From Candidatus Thalassarchaeum sp. (GTDB lineage: Archaea > Thermoplasmatota > Poseidoniia > Poseidoniales > Thalassarchaeaceae): a stretch of 55,077 bases of DNA. The stretch is taken from contig JASMMD010000004.1 in NCBI GenBank assembly GCA_030748335.1, positions 1 through 55,077 of the forward strand, written 5' to 3'. The notes under the pieces are model-generated. The model ran no database searches and had not been told where the DNA came from. It worked only from the letters and a program-made list of their open reading frames with translations. The position numbers and the translations under genes are program-made. Within the stretch, counting starts at the first letter, position 1, and each line of letters starts with the position of its first letter. Positions 16,439-25,182 of this stretch are shown piece after piece.

Positions 16439-19132
16439 ATGGAGCGTAGTTCTTCTGCAGCAATCCTCACAGCGATGCTGCTGCTCACAATCGCGTCACC
16501 ACTAGCCTCAGCAGCCGTTTCAGTGTCGCTTTCCGCGAACCCCACGGCCCAAGAGGCCACGACAGATGACGACGCCGAGTACGACATCATCGTGACCAAT
16601 GACGGCGATGAGGACATCTCAGTGTCCCTCAGCACCCAGCAGGGTAACGACTGCAACGGATTCAGCTCCTCCCTTGACACGTTCCAAGTCTCAGTCAATG
16701 AAGGCGAGTCCGAGACCGTCAAACTAACAGTTACGGTGAACGACCAAGCCGATGGTGATTGCGAGACTACCGTCAACGCCCAAGCAACGGGTGGCCTAGG
16801 GTCCCCCGCCAGTGATGACGTGACTGTGACCACCACCGCAGGCGACGGTGGCGGACTCTACTCGGTCAAACTGACGACCGATGAGCAGCTGAAGACCTAC
16901 GACGGCGACTCGACCGAGTCCGACAGCGTGGTCTGGGACGTCGAGGTCGAGAACAACGGCGAGCAGCAGGCAAACGTCCAGTTGGAGATGACTTCGGACA
17001 GTGACTGCGAGTCCGACACCCTCGATGCCACCGTCGACCCGCAGGTCCTACAACTCGATCCAGAGGACAAGGAGACCGTCGAAGTCACCGTCGATGTGCC
17101 TGATGGGAGTTCGACCGAGGCGGGCGACCATTGCTTCATCCTCAAGGCCACGGTGACAAACGATCCTAATGCTGCAGATCAGGCCGAGGACAACATCACT
17201 CTGACCCTCAAAATCCCAGAGCGCAAGGAGTGCGAGCCCGATCTGCAATTCACCTCTCACAGCCTAGATCCCGGTGCCTCGGCCACTAACTCGTTCGAGG
17301 TGGAGAACATCGGCAACACGGAGTGGACGGTCACTGCCAACGCTCAGGCTCAGGACTCCGAGCACGATATCTCAGGATGGATTGACTTCGACAGCCCGCT
17401 CAGCAAACTCCTCTCGGAACCGGGAGGATCCCAAGACAGCCATACGTTCACCTTCAGCGTGACACCAGACGACTCCGTAGAGTCCGGAACGCAAGTCGGA
17501 ATCAAGATACAGGGTCGTGCTGGGACCTCAGTCGGCTGTGAGCAGATTCTGACCGTCACTGTAGGTCAGAGTCACGAGGCATCGATGACCCTGAGCAAGA
17601 ACAAGCTCAGCAACGTGGAGCCAGGTAGTTCGGACACGGTAAGCGTTCAGATCACCAATCGGGGCAACGGCATGGAGACCATGTCTATAGGAGCCACGGG
17701 ACTGCCCCCGGGTTGGCAGATATCATTCTCCCAGACGTCGGTGACCATTGGTAGCTCTCACTCCGGCAACAACAAGGAAACGGTCACTGCCGAGGTGTTC
17801 GTACCCGAGGACGCGAGCGCGGCCGAGGACACGGTCATCACCTTCACGGTTGGGCGCGGTGGCGGTAGCACCCCCTATGACACGAAAGACCTCACAGTTT
17901 CAGTGGCTGCGCGCCACAGCGTCACCACCTCGATCCTGTCGGCCCAACAGACGGGCAAGACCGGCCAGACAGTCCAGTTCCCGATTGATGTGACCAACTC
18001 CGGGAACATCCAGGACACATTCAAGCTGCTGGCCTGCGACCCGGGAGACCAGACCGGATGCAACTCCCCGATGTGGGAATCGTCATTCTCAGACTCGCAA
18101 GGGAATACGATTACGCAGATCGTCCTGAATCCGGGGCAGATGCAGACCGTGTTTCTCGACATCCTAGTTGAGGGCGAGGAGGATGCTGACTCTGCTAGCG
18201 TTCTGGCAAGGATAGCAATCTATGGATCCACCGAGTCGGATGAGCACACACTCAGTGTTGTGGTCTCGAATTACAATTACGCCATGGCCATATCGCCCCA
18301 GAGCCCGGGTGAGGTACCTGACCAGATTGAGGCCACTCTCCCTCCCGGTGGGTCAATGATTGCTGCATTCTGGGTCGAGAACACCGGCGACTATCCTGGA
18401 GGGGACAACGCGGTAATCACCGTCACTGGAATGGAGTCCTCCGTATTGAGGACGATAACGGTAGAGGGCGTGGAGATTGAGGGCACGATGACGCTGGGAA
18501 TGGGCGAGAGAGCTCTCGTCGAGGTCCAGTTGGAGGTCCTAGAAGGTGTCGCCAACGGCGTCGCAGGCGTGGTCAAGGTAAGCGCCTCGTCAGAGAAGAA
18601 TACAGCCCAGAGCACATCTGTCAACATCATCGTTGAGGTCAGGACGATTCACGACCTCAGATTCACCCTTGAGGGCGAGGACGAACAGACCGCTGAGTAC
18701 CCGGATAAGGCCTACTTCACTCTGTACATCACAAACCACGGAAACATCGCCGAGGACGTTGAGGTAATCTCCAGTGAGTCGCTCAGGGGATGGGCGGTGA
18801 ACGTTGACTTCGACGAGTTCGAGCTCGAACCAGGGTCGACCAAGGAGGTCCAAGTCAGCGTCACACCGCCCAGCGATCTGCTGGATGACGACACCTACTT
18901 GTTCACTGTCACGGTTCAACCGGAGGGACTTGCCGTTGCAGGCGAGCCCATCGACCTGACTGTGACCTCCGAGATGCCGTCGACCTTCATCGGCCTATCC
19001 GAGGAAATGGCCCAAGCCCTCGTTTACGGCTCAATAGTCCTAGGTGCCATTCTCGTCATAGTGCTGTTCTTCCGTTCACGTTCGGAGAACCGCCGAATAG
19101 CCGAGGCCCTCGAAAATCAGTTTGAGGACTAG
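16439..19132 (+). CDS. Repetitive beta-sandwich (CARDB/NEW3/DUF11-like, COG1470-type) envelope protein E with C-terminal TM anchor; possible S-layer/cell-surface component
   Basis: Signal-like MERSSSAAILTAMLLLTIASPLASA. Seven repeats of roughly 110-120 aa, each with an N-x-G motif (VTNDGDEDI, VENNGEQQ, VENIGNTEW, ITNRGNGME, VTNSGNIQD, VENTGDYPG, ITNHGNIAE). TM LVYGSIVLGAILVIVLFF, then a short basic tail. The ATG at 16439 is preceded by GGGGTGA. Confidence 0.8.
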   Translation: MERSSSAAILTAMLLLTIASPLASAAVSVSLSANPTAQEATTDDDAEYDIIVTNDGDEDISVSLSTQQGNDCNGFSSSLDTFQVSVNEGESETVKLTVTVNDQADGDCETTVNAQATGGLGSPASDDVTVTTTAGDGGGLYSVKLTTDEQLKTYDGDSTESDSVVWDVEVENNGEQQANVQLEMTSDSDCESDTLDATVDPQVLQLDPEDKETVEVTVDVPDGSSTEAGDHCFILKATVTNDPNAADQAEDNITLTLKIPERKECEPDLQFTSHSLDPGASATNSFEVENIGNTEWTVTANAQAQDSEHDISGWIDFDSPLSKLLSEPGGSQDSHTFTFSVTPDDSVESGTQVGIKIQGRAGTSVGCEQILTVTVGQSHEASMTLSKNKLSNVEPGSSDTVSVQITNRGNGMETMSIGATGLPPGWQISFSQTSVTIGSSHSGNNKETVTAEVFVPEDASAAEDTVITFTVGRGGGSTPYDTKDLTVSVAARHSVTTSILSAQQTGKTGQTVQFPIDVTNSGNIQDTFKLLACDPGDQTGCNSPMWESSFSDSQGNTITQIVLNPGQMQTVFLDILVEGEEDADSASVLARIAIYGSTESDEHTLSVVVSNYNYAMAISPQSPGEVPDQIEATLPPGGSMIAAFWVENTGDYPGGDNAVITVTGMESSVLRTITVEGVEIEGTMTLGMGERALVEVQLEVLEGVANGVAGVVKVSASSEKNTAQSTSVNIIVEVRTIHDLRFTLEGEDEQTAEYPDKAYFTLYITNHGNIAEDVEVISSESLRGWAVNVDFDEFELEPGSTKEVQVSVTPPSDLLDDDTYLFTVTVQPEGLAVAGEPIDLTVTSEMPSTFIGLSEEMAQALVYGSIVLGAILVIVLFFRSRSENRRIAEALENQFED

Positions 19133-19188
19133 GCACGACCCCAAACTCAAGGCCGGATAGGCTTATTGCCCAAATTCAGGTGCAATGA

Positions 19189-19216
19189 CCCGACGGTCCC
19201 GTTAGGGACCGACGGG
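19189..19216 (+). promoter_or_regulatory. 12-bp stem (one A.A mismatch) hairpin CCCGACGGTCCC-GTTA-GGGACCGACGGG ending 7 nt before the nuoA ATG
   Basis: Arms checked by eye. It lies between the stop of protein E (19132) and the nuoA start (19224). Confidence 0.3.
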
Positions 19217-19223
19217 TGTTACT

Positions 19224-19670
19224 ATGACTTCTGTCCCCGAGGCCTATCTCGCTGTCGCTGTGATGGCCCTCGTGGGAATTGGATTCCCCGTTGGGAGCTT
19301 CATCATGGCAGCGGTTCTGCGACCTAGGAAATCACCCAATGATCCGACAAAGATGCGGTCTTGGCTTCTTCCCGGTTACGAGACCGACCAGAGCCTGTAC
19401 ATCCGTAGGGACAGCACCTACGAGTGCGGCGCCGAGCCTGTCGGGGATGCCCACATCAACTTCCACTTCCAGTACTACTGGTACGCCATCATCTTCCTAG
19501 TCTTCGACATCGCCTTCATGTTCCTAGCGTTCGGCGGTGTCATCGCCGTTCAAGACGGCATGCTAGACGAGGACATCATAGCCGCTCTGGCTACCCTCAC
19601 CGCGTTCATCGTCCTAATGAGTCTAGGCGTGTGGCACGTGTTTCGTAAGCGAGGACGGATTTACATCTGA
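19224..19670 (+). CDS. nuoA: NADH-quinone oxidoreductase (complex I-like) subunit A
   Basis: YECGAEPVGDAHINFHFQYYWYAIIFLVFDIAFMFLAF matches the conserved NuoA/ND3 core. First gene of the nuo array. Confidence 0.8.
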   Translation: MTSVPEAYLAVAVMALVGIGFPVGSFIMAAVLRPRKSPNDPTKMRSWLLPGYETDQSLYIRRDSTYECGAEPVGDAHINFHFQYYWYAIIFLVFDIAFMFLAFGGVIAVQDGMLDEDIIAALATLTAFIVLMSLGVWHVFRKRGRIYI

Positions 19671-19679
19671 GGTGAGCGC

Positions 19680-20276
19680 ATGTCGGAGGAGGGTCAGAAC
19701 TACTCGGTCTTCAACAGCAGGATGCTGGTGGACGTGGTCGGCGATGTCACCGACGAGGCTCTGAAGGCAAGCCGGATGAAGGACATCATCGGGGTTCTCG
19801 CTGGCAGGATGTTCAACTGGGGCCAGCGTAAGTCCCTGTTCCCGCTCCACCTCGGCATCAAGTGCTGCGCATTGGAGATGGCCGCAGCCGGAGCAAGTCG
19901 ATTCGACGCTGAGCGCTTTGGAGTCTTCTTCAGATCAAGTCCCCGGCAGTGCGACGTCCTTCTCGTAAACGGTCCTGTAAGCAAGAAGTTCGCCGACCCC
20001 ATAGTCAGGCTGTGGGAGCAGATGCCCGAGCCTAAGTGGTGCATTGCCATGGGCGAGTGCGCCATTTCCGGCGGGCCCTACTTTCAGTCTTACAACATCC
20101 TTGAGGGAGTCGATACGGTGATTCCGGTTGACGTCTACATACCAGGATGCCCGCCGAGGCCAGAGGCCCTAATCGACGGCTTTGACAAATTGCGGCAGAA
20201 GATTATCCGAATCGGCGCGGTCCCCGGTGACGCCATCCCGGCATCCACGACCCCTCTGATTCCTGGAGACGAGTAG
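19680..20276 (+). CDS. nuoB: Complex I subunit B (20 kDa, N2 cluster)
   Basis: LGIKCCALEM, PKWCIAMGECAISGGPY and YIPGCPPRPEAL motifs. Confidence 0.9.
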   Translation: MSEEGQNYSVFNSRMLVDVVGDVTDEALKASRMKDIIGVLAGRMFNWGQRKSLFPLHLGIKCCALEMAAAGASRFDAERFGVFFRSSPRQCDVLLVNGPVSKKFADPIVRLWEQMPEPKWCIAMGECAISGGPYFQSYNILEGVDTVIPVDVYIPGCPPRPEALIDGFDKLRQKIIRIGAVPGDAIPASTTPLIPGDE

Positions 20277-20284
20277 GTGGTTAC

Positions 20285-20944
20285 ATGGGCAACACAGTCT
20301 CACCCGATTCCCAGAGGTCCGCTGCCCAGGCTGTCGCCGATGCAGTGTCGGCGATCGAGGGCGTGGTTGCAGAGGTGGCAGAGCGATCCAGCGGCACTAA
20401 TCCGCGAAATGTGGTGGTTGCCAATGCGTCATCAGGGAGCTGGAGGTCGCTGGCCGAGAACCTCTACTCAGAGCACGCCGTGGATTACTGCTCGATGGTC
20501 ACCGGCATCCACTGGCCAGAGGCCGAAGCCGAGCGTAGGTGGGAAGTGGTCTACCACCTGCTGAGGACCGGAGTACGGGATCCCCCGATTGAGAACGGCA
20601 TGGTTAGACCGATGTTAGCGAATCCCACGAAGCTGAGGGGGGCCAGCGTGCCTATCGAGCTTGAGATTCATGTCCACATCCCGGACACCACGACCCCATC
20701 CGTGGATTCGGTGCAGGACATCTGGGTGGGAGCCGATTGGAATGAGAAGGAGACCTGGGATCTGGTCGGTATCGACTTCGACGGACATCAAGGCATGAGG
20801 AGGGTCCTGCAGCCGCATGAGACTCCTCAGGGGTTCCACCCTCTGCAGAAGCAGCACCATCTGCGCTATCACGGCTTTGAGGAGATGTACGACGACGCTC
20901 AGGGATTCATGCGCAAGCCAGCCGACGTTGGCAAGATTAAGTGA
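20285..20944 (+). CDS. nuoC: Complex I subunit C (30 kDa)
   Basis: WEVVYHLL and GADWNEKETWDLVGIDFDGHQGMRRVL match the NuoC signature region. Position between nuoB and nuoD. Confidence 0.85.
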   Translation: MGNTVSPDSQRSAAQAVADAVSAIEGVVAEVAERSSGTNPRNVVVANASSGSWRSLAENLYSEHAVDYCSMVTGIHWPEAEAERRWEVVYHLLRTGVRDPPIENGMVRPMLANPTKLRGASVPIELEIHVHIPDTTTPSVDSVQDIWVGADWNEKETWDLVGIDFDGHQGMRRVLQPHETPQGFHPLQKQHHLRYHGFEEMYDDAQGFMRKPADVGKIK

Positions 20945-20953
20945 GGTGTAAAG

Positions 20954-22090
20954 ATGGCTGAGATGTGGATTTCAATGGGCCCTCAACACCCCATGACCCA
21001 TGGTCTGTGGACACTCAAGGTCAAGGTCGACGGCGAGACCGTCGTCGATACCGAGCCAGATCTGGGATACATCCACAGAGGAGTCGAGAAGATATGCGAG
21101 TCCCGCGACTTCACCCAGATTACCACTTACTGCGACAGGCTCTGCTACGCCAGTGCCAACACGTGGTCGCACGCTTACATCTACGCCGCTGAGGACCTGC
21201 TGGAGGTCGAGGTGCCGGAGCGGGCTGAGTATATCCGGCTGGTTGCGGTGGAACTACAGCGAATAGCGAGCCACCTGATGTGGCTGGGGGCTTACGGACC
21301 CGACATCGGCAACCTCTCAGTCATGGTGTGGTGCCTACGCGAGCGCGAGATGATGATGGATTTGCTGCAGGAGCTCGGCGGCTCACGGATGCACTACAAC
21401 TTCCCTCGCATCGGCGGCGTGAAGCGCGATCTCCCACACGGCTTCGCCCAGCGGGCGAGGGCCAAGCTCAAGTTGTTCCTGAACAGGATTCAGGAGTATG
21501 AGGCCCTGTTTGACGAGAGCACGGTGTTCTTAGTTCGCAGCCAAGGAGTCGGCTACGCCAAGCCTGAGGAGATGGTCAACCACGGGGTTTCTGGCCCGAA
21601 CCTACGCGCTGCCGGGGTGAACTACGACATTCGATGGGCGCATCCGTACTCGGTATACAGCGAACTCGACTGGGCACCTCCTGTGGAGCGATCGTCAATC
21701 AAGGGCGCCGATTGTTACGACCGCTACAGGGTCCGGGTCGAGGAGATGCGCGTCAGCGCGTCCTTGGTGCTCCAGGCACTGGACAAGATGCCCGGCGGTG
21801 CCGATACCTATCACGAACCGGAGGACCCTATGATTCTGGCCAAGGCGCCCACACGGGCCCCTGAAGGGACCACGGGAGCACATCACTTCGAGGACAGCAG
21901 GGGCGAGTCGATGTTCTACATCGCCGGTGGCGGTGAGGGACGGGGCAAGCAGCCCTATAGGGTCTCGATACGCTCTCCGATGTTCATCACGATTCCATAC
22001 GCGGCTAAGTGCATGATCGGCTACAAGGTCGCCGACATACCGGCCATCATGGGTTCCTTCGACCCATGCATAGGGGAGACTGACAGGTGA
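20954..22090 (+). CDS. nuoD: Complex I subunit D (49 kDa)
   Basis: MGPQHPMTHGLWTLKVKVDGETVVDTEPDLGYIHRGVEK, with C-terminal SFDPCIGETDR typical of NuoD/NiFe-hydrogenase large-subunit relatives. Confidence 0.9.
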   Translation: MAEMWISMGPQHPMTHGLWTLKVKVDGETVVDTEPDLGYIHRGVEKICESRDFTQITTYCDRLCYASANTWSHAYIYAAEDLLEVEVPERAEYIRLVAVELQRIASHLMWLGAYGPDIGNLSVMVWCLREREMMMDLLQELGGSRMHYNFPRIGGVKRDLPHGFAQRARAKLKLFLNRIQEYEALFDESTVFLVRSQGVGYAKPEEMVNHGVSGPNLRAAGVNYDIRWAHPYSVYSELDWAPPVERSSIKGADCYDRYRVRVEEMRVSASLVLQALDKMPGGADTYHEPEDPMILAKAPTRAPEGTTGAHHFEDSRGESMFYIAGGGEGRGKQPYRVSIRSPMFITIPYAAKCMIGYKVADIPAIMGSFDPCIGETDR

Positions 22091-22091
22091 T

Positions 22092-23687
22092 ATGATGGCT
22101 AGTAGTGATTGGTTGGACATAACTGGGTGGTCAGAGTCCTTCTGTGGTTGGTCGATGGACAACGTGCACGACATACTGCCTTCCAGCGACATCGACATGG
22201 AAGTAACGATTCCCAGCACGTGGGCTTGGCAGAATCCGATTACCGTGGGCCCCATATTCAACATCCAGAGCGGCTTCGCCAGCATCCAACCCGCCCTAGA
22301 GTCGTTCATGCATGCCACCATCATGTGCACAGTGGTTTTCGGCATGATGATGACGACCATGCTGGCCATACCGTACATCGAGCGGAAGTTCATCGGTCGT
22401 CTGATGGACAGGCTAGGTGCTACCACCACTCTCAGGAGCCTGTGGGTAGGCGAGAGCGGCGTCACCGCAGGTGAGTGGTGGAATCAGCTGCCGTTCGGGA
22501 TGGGGACCCCCATCGGCTGGGCGGTGAATGCGCTCAACTCCACTTGGGGGAACTCGCACGAGCTTGAGACTGTCTCCCGGGTGAACAACCGCAGCTATCA
22601 TGGATACTGGTTCCTGCTGCCAGGATTCTTCCAGGCTTTCGCCGATTTCATGAAGTTCGCGACCAAGGAACACATCGTCCCGAGGGACGCGGATAAGGTG
22701 GTCTACGAGGTCGCCCCCGTCATCATCCTCGCCACCACCGTCATGGTGTTCGCCTTCGTCCCGTTCGGGCCGCACATCTACGCTGCCAACCCAGAGCTCT
22801 CACTCATCTTCATGATGGCCATCTTCGGAGTGGCACCTCTAGGGGTGTTCTTCGCCGGCTGGGCGTCGAACAACAAGTACACCCTGATTGGGGGGATGCG
22901 TTCAGCAGCGCAACTCACCGCCTATGAGATCCCGCTGCTCATCACGGTCCTCGGTGTCGCTGTGCTGAGCGGCTCGTTCAACATCATCGAGATAGTGGAC
23001 TTCCAGATGGGACAGGATGAGGGTAATGTCTGGAACATCTTCCTGATGCCTCTGGGGGCCCTTCTCTTCCTGATTACCATGATCGCAGAGGTCGAGCGAA
23101 TACCGTTCGACATGCCCGAGGCGGAGGCCGAACTCGTCGAGGGCTGGTGGACCGAGTACGGTGGCATCCGCTGGGGTCTGATGTTCGCAGCCGAGTATAT
23201 GCGCGCCTACGCAGCGTGCATACTGTTCGCCCTGTTCTTCCTCGGAGGCTGGGAGGCACCGTTCCAGCACACCCTCTCCGACTTGCCTCTGGTTGGCGGA
23301 CTAATCTCGTTCGTGTTCTCTCTCATCCCAGGCGTGTCTTGGGTTCTGCTCAAGGCATGGGGGCTGTTCGCGGTCTTCGTCTGGATACGCGCATCGCTAC
23401 ATAGGGTCCGCACGGACCAGATTCTAGAGTTCGGGTGGCGCTACCTGCTTCCACTCTCGATGCTCAACCTAGTATTGGCCATAGTACTGCGTCTGCTGTT
23501 CTGGACGGGGGAGCCGTGGGCGCTCTGGGTCCCAGTAGCGGTCACCGTAATCTCGGGCGGGCTGTTCGTCGTGCTCGCGATTGACGAGGACAAGGAGGCA
23601 CTGGAGGTCCAGCGTAGGCCGTACAGCACCCAGACGGTGATCAAGGCATCACCAGGCAGTCACAGGGATCAGGGGGTGAAGAGATGA
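22092..23687 (+). CDS. nuoH: Complex I subunit H (ND1), unusually long (531 aa)
   Basis: IERKFIGRLMDRLG ... GFFQAFADFMKFATKEHIVPRDADK ... EAEAELVEGWWTEYGGIRWGLMFAAEYM are conserved NuoH blocks. Extra N-terminal, internal and C-terminal sequence is present. Confidence 0.85.
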   Translation: MMASSDWLDITGWSESFCGWSMDNVHDILPSSDIDMEVTIPSTWAWQNPITVGPIFNIQSGFASIQPALESFMHATIMCTVVFGMMMTTMLAIPYIERKFIGRLMDRLGATTTLRSLWVGESGVTAGEWWNQLPFGMGTPIGWAVNALNSTWGNSHELETVSRVNNRSYHGYWFLLPGFFQAFADFMKFATKEHIVPRDADKVVYEVAPVIILATTVMVFAFVPFGPHIYAANPELSLIFMMAIFGVAPLGVFFAGWASNNKYTLIGGMRSAAQLTAYEIPLLITVLGVAVLSGSFNIIEIVDFQMGQDEGNVWNIFLMPLGALLFLITMIAEVERIPFDMPEAEAELVEGWWTEYGGIRWGLMFAAEYMRAYAACILFALFFLGGWEAPFQHTLSDLPLVGGLISFVFSLIPGVSWVLLKAWGLFAVFVWIRASLHRVRTDQILEFGWRYLLPLSMLNLVLAIVLRLLFWTGEPWALWVPVAVTVISGGLFVVLAIDEDKEALEVQRRPYSTQTVIKASPGSHRDQGVKR

Positions 23688-24658
23688 ACTACAGGGCCAA
23701 CACCGGGCACCCCCATGCGACTCCCAACTTCCGGAACCTAGTCATCCGCCCGATGTGGATGACCCTCAAGACAGCGCTCAGGACCGTTCCATTCCTAGGC
23801 AGGCTCGCAATCCTTAGGAACGACTACCACGGTAAGTCCGCAGCTATGATCGACTCAACCACTCGAAATAGGGTAGGCGTCGAGCATCCCACCCTCTGGC
23901 AGAAGTTCTCGGCGGACCGGGAGACGAGCGAAATCATGCCGTTCCTAGAGAGGCCCGTGACCGTGATGTACCCTTACGAGAGGCTCGAGGACCTCGAGCC
24001 ATGGCTGTTCGTTCCCGGCAACTACAATGGCAGGATAGGAATCATCTGGGAGACTTGCACCGCCTGCAAGGCATGTGTCAGGGCCTGCCCCAACGACTGC
24101 CTGCACATGACCTCGGAGGTCAGGGTCAACGTCCTCGAGTTAGCCGAAGAGGGTGATGACTGGCATGGATACGGTGAACAGTTGGAGGAGGGTGGTTACG
24201 TGGCTAGAGAGAAGGAGGATTACGATGGGATTGCCGCGGGCTTTGATTTGGTAAATGCGCATGCAAACGCCCCCCCTCAGTACGACTTCGCCGAGGTCAT
24301 CGAACTGTCTGGCGACAAGGCCACAGTACGATGGTCGGACGGCTCCGGCGTTGAGACGATCGATTCCAGCACCCTCAAACCTGCCGAACAGGACATCGTG
24401 TCGGGACAGATTGACATCGGCAGGTGCATGTTCTGCGGCCTGTGCGCCGAGGCATGTCCGTTCGAGTCCTTCTTCATGACCAACGAGTATGACGGCATGT
24501 CCGGATTCTCAAGAGAGGATCTCTGGATGGACGCCAGCAGGACTAGAGTGCTCCCAGCAGTGCATCAGGAGCGGGTCGATATGGAGCTCGCCAAGCGAGC
24601 CGAGAAGGAGCAGAAGAAGCGTGACAGGAAGGCCGCTCGGGCGGAGGCCCAATCATGA
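23684..24658 (+). CDS. nuoI: Complex I subunit I (2x[4Fe-4S] ferredoxin-like), unusually long (324 aa)
   Basis: Two CxxCxxCxxxCP motifs: CTACKACVRACP (C125-C135) and CMFCGLCAEACP (C248-C258). PVTVMYPYER block. ATGA overlap with the nuoH stop. Confidence 0.8.
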   Translation: MNYRANTGHPHATPNFRNLVIRPMWMTLKTALRTVPFLGRLAILRNDYHGKSAAMIDSTTRNRVGVEHPTLWQKFSADRETSEIMPFLERPVTVMYPYERLEDLEPWLFVPGNYNGRIGIIWETCTACKACVRACPNDCLHMTSEVRVNVLELAEEGDDWHGYGEQLEEGGYVAREKEDYDGIAAGFDLVNAHANAPPQYDFAEVIELSGDKATVRWSDGSGVETIDSSTLKPAEQDIVSGQIDIGRCMFCGLCAEACPFESFFMTNEYDGMSGFSREDLWMDASRTRVLPAVHQERVDMELAKRAEKEQKKRDRKAARAEAQS

Positions 24659-24918
24659 CCATCGACTTTGAGGCCCTAGTCTTCCTAATTCTAGCTGCTA
24701 CCGCCATAGGAGGAGCCCTCGGATGCGTCTACTCTAGGCGCGTCGCGCATTCCCTTCTGTCGCTTATGATGACCTTCTTCGCCGTGGCCGGCGTCTTCGT
24801 CATGGCCGGAGCGGAGATGCTGGCTGCGATCCAGATCCTAGTCTATCTTGGGTCTGTGATGCTGGTGGTCCAGTTCGGCGTCATGTTGACGCGCAAGCAG
24901 ATTCAGGAGGACGCCTGA
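24655..24918 (+). CDS. nuoJ: Complex I subunit J, N-terminal half (J1)
   Basis: 87 aa with 3 hydrophobic helices. AAIQILVYLGSVMLVVQFGVMLT resembles the NuoJ core. ATGA overlap with nuoI. Confidence 0.65.
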   Translation: MTIDFEALVFLILAATAIGGALGCVYSRRVAHSLLSLMMTFFAVAGVFVMAGAEMLAAIQILVYLGSVMLVVQFGVMLTRKQIQEDA

Positions 24919-25182
24919 ATGAGAGGCCTTTCCGCACTGACGCAGGCAGGGCTCCTCGCCTTCATGCTCATCCTGCTGTCCGAGGTGATGTCCCATTCAA
25001 TTTGGGGAGGAACCGGCTACGCCCCTTCGACCCTCGACTTCGCCGTGGCGTTGTTTGGCGAGTGGTGGCTGGCCACTGTAATCCTAGGGTTACTGCTCGC
25101 GATGGCAATGATTGGAGCGTCGTACTTGGTTCGTGACGAGAGACTGGTGAATCTGATTTGGGACATGGAGGGGGAGCAGTGA
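24919..25182 (+). CDS. nuoJ: Complex I subunit J, C-terminal half (J2)
   Basis: 87 aa. The ATG directly abuts the TGA of J1 in the same frame. LATVILGLLLAMAMIGASYLVR resembles the NuoJ C-terminal helix. Confidence 0.6.
   Translation: MRGLSALTQAGLLAFMLILLSEVMSHSIWGGTGYAPSTLDFAVALFGEWWLATVILGLLLAMAMIGASYLVRDERLVNLIWDMEGEQ

Noticed and set aside
24916-24918. Possible TGA recoding, because in-frame TGA codons separate nuoJ1/J2 and BC/BCCP.
   Set aside because: TGA is the terminal codon of the majority of confidently called genes in this window, including highly conserved ones whose ends match the expected protein lengths. TGA therefore functions as a normal stop. The in-frame arrangement has a 1-in-3 chance per junction.
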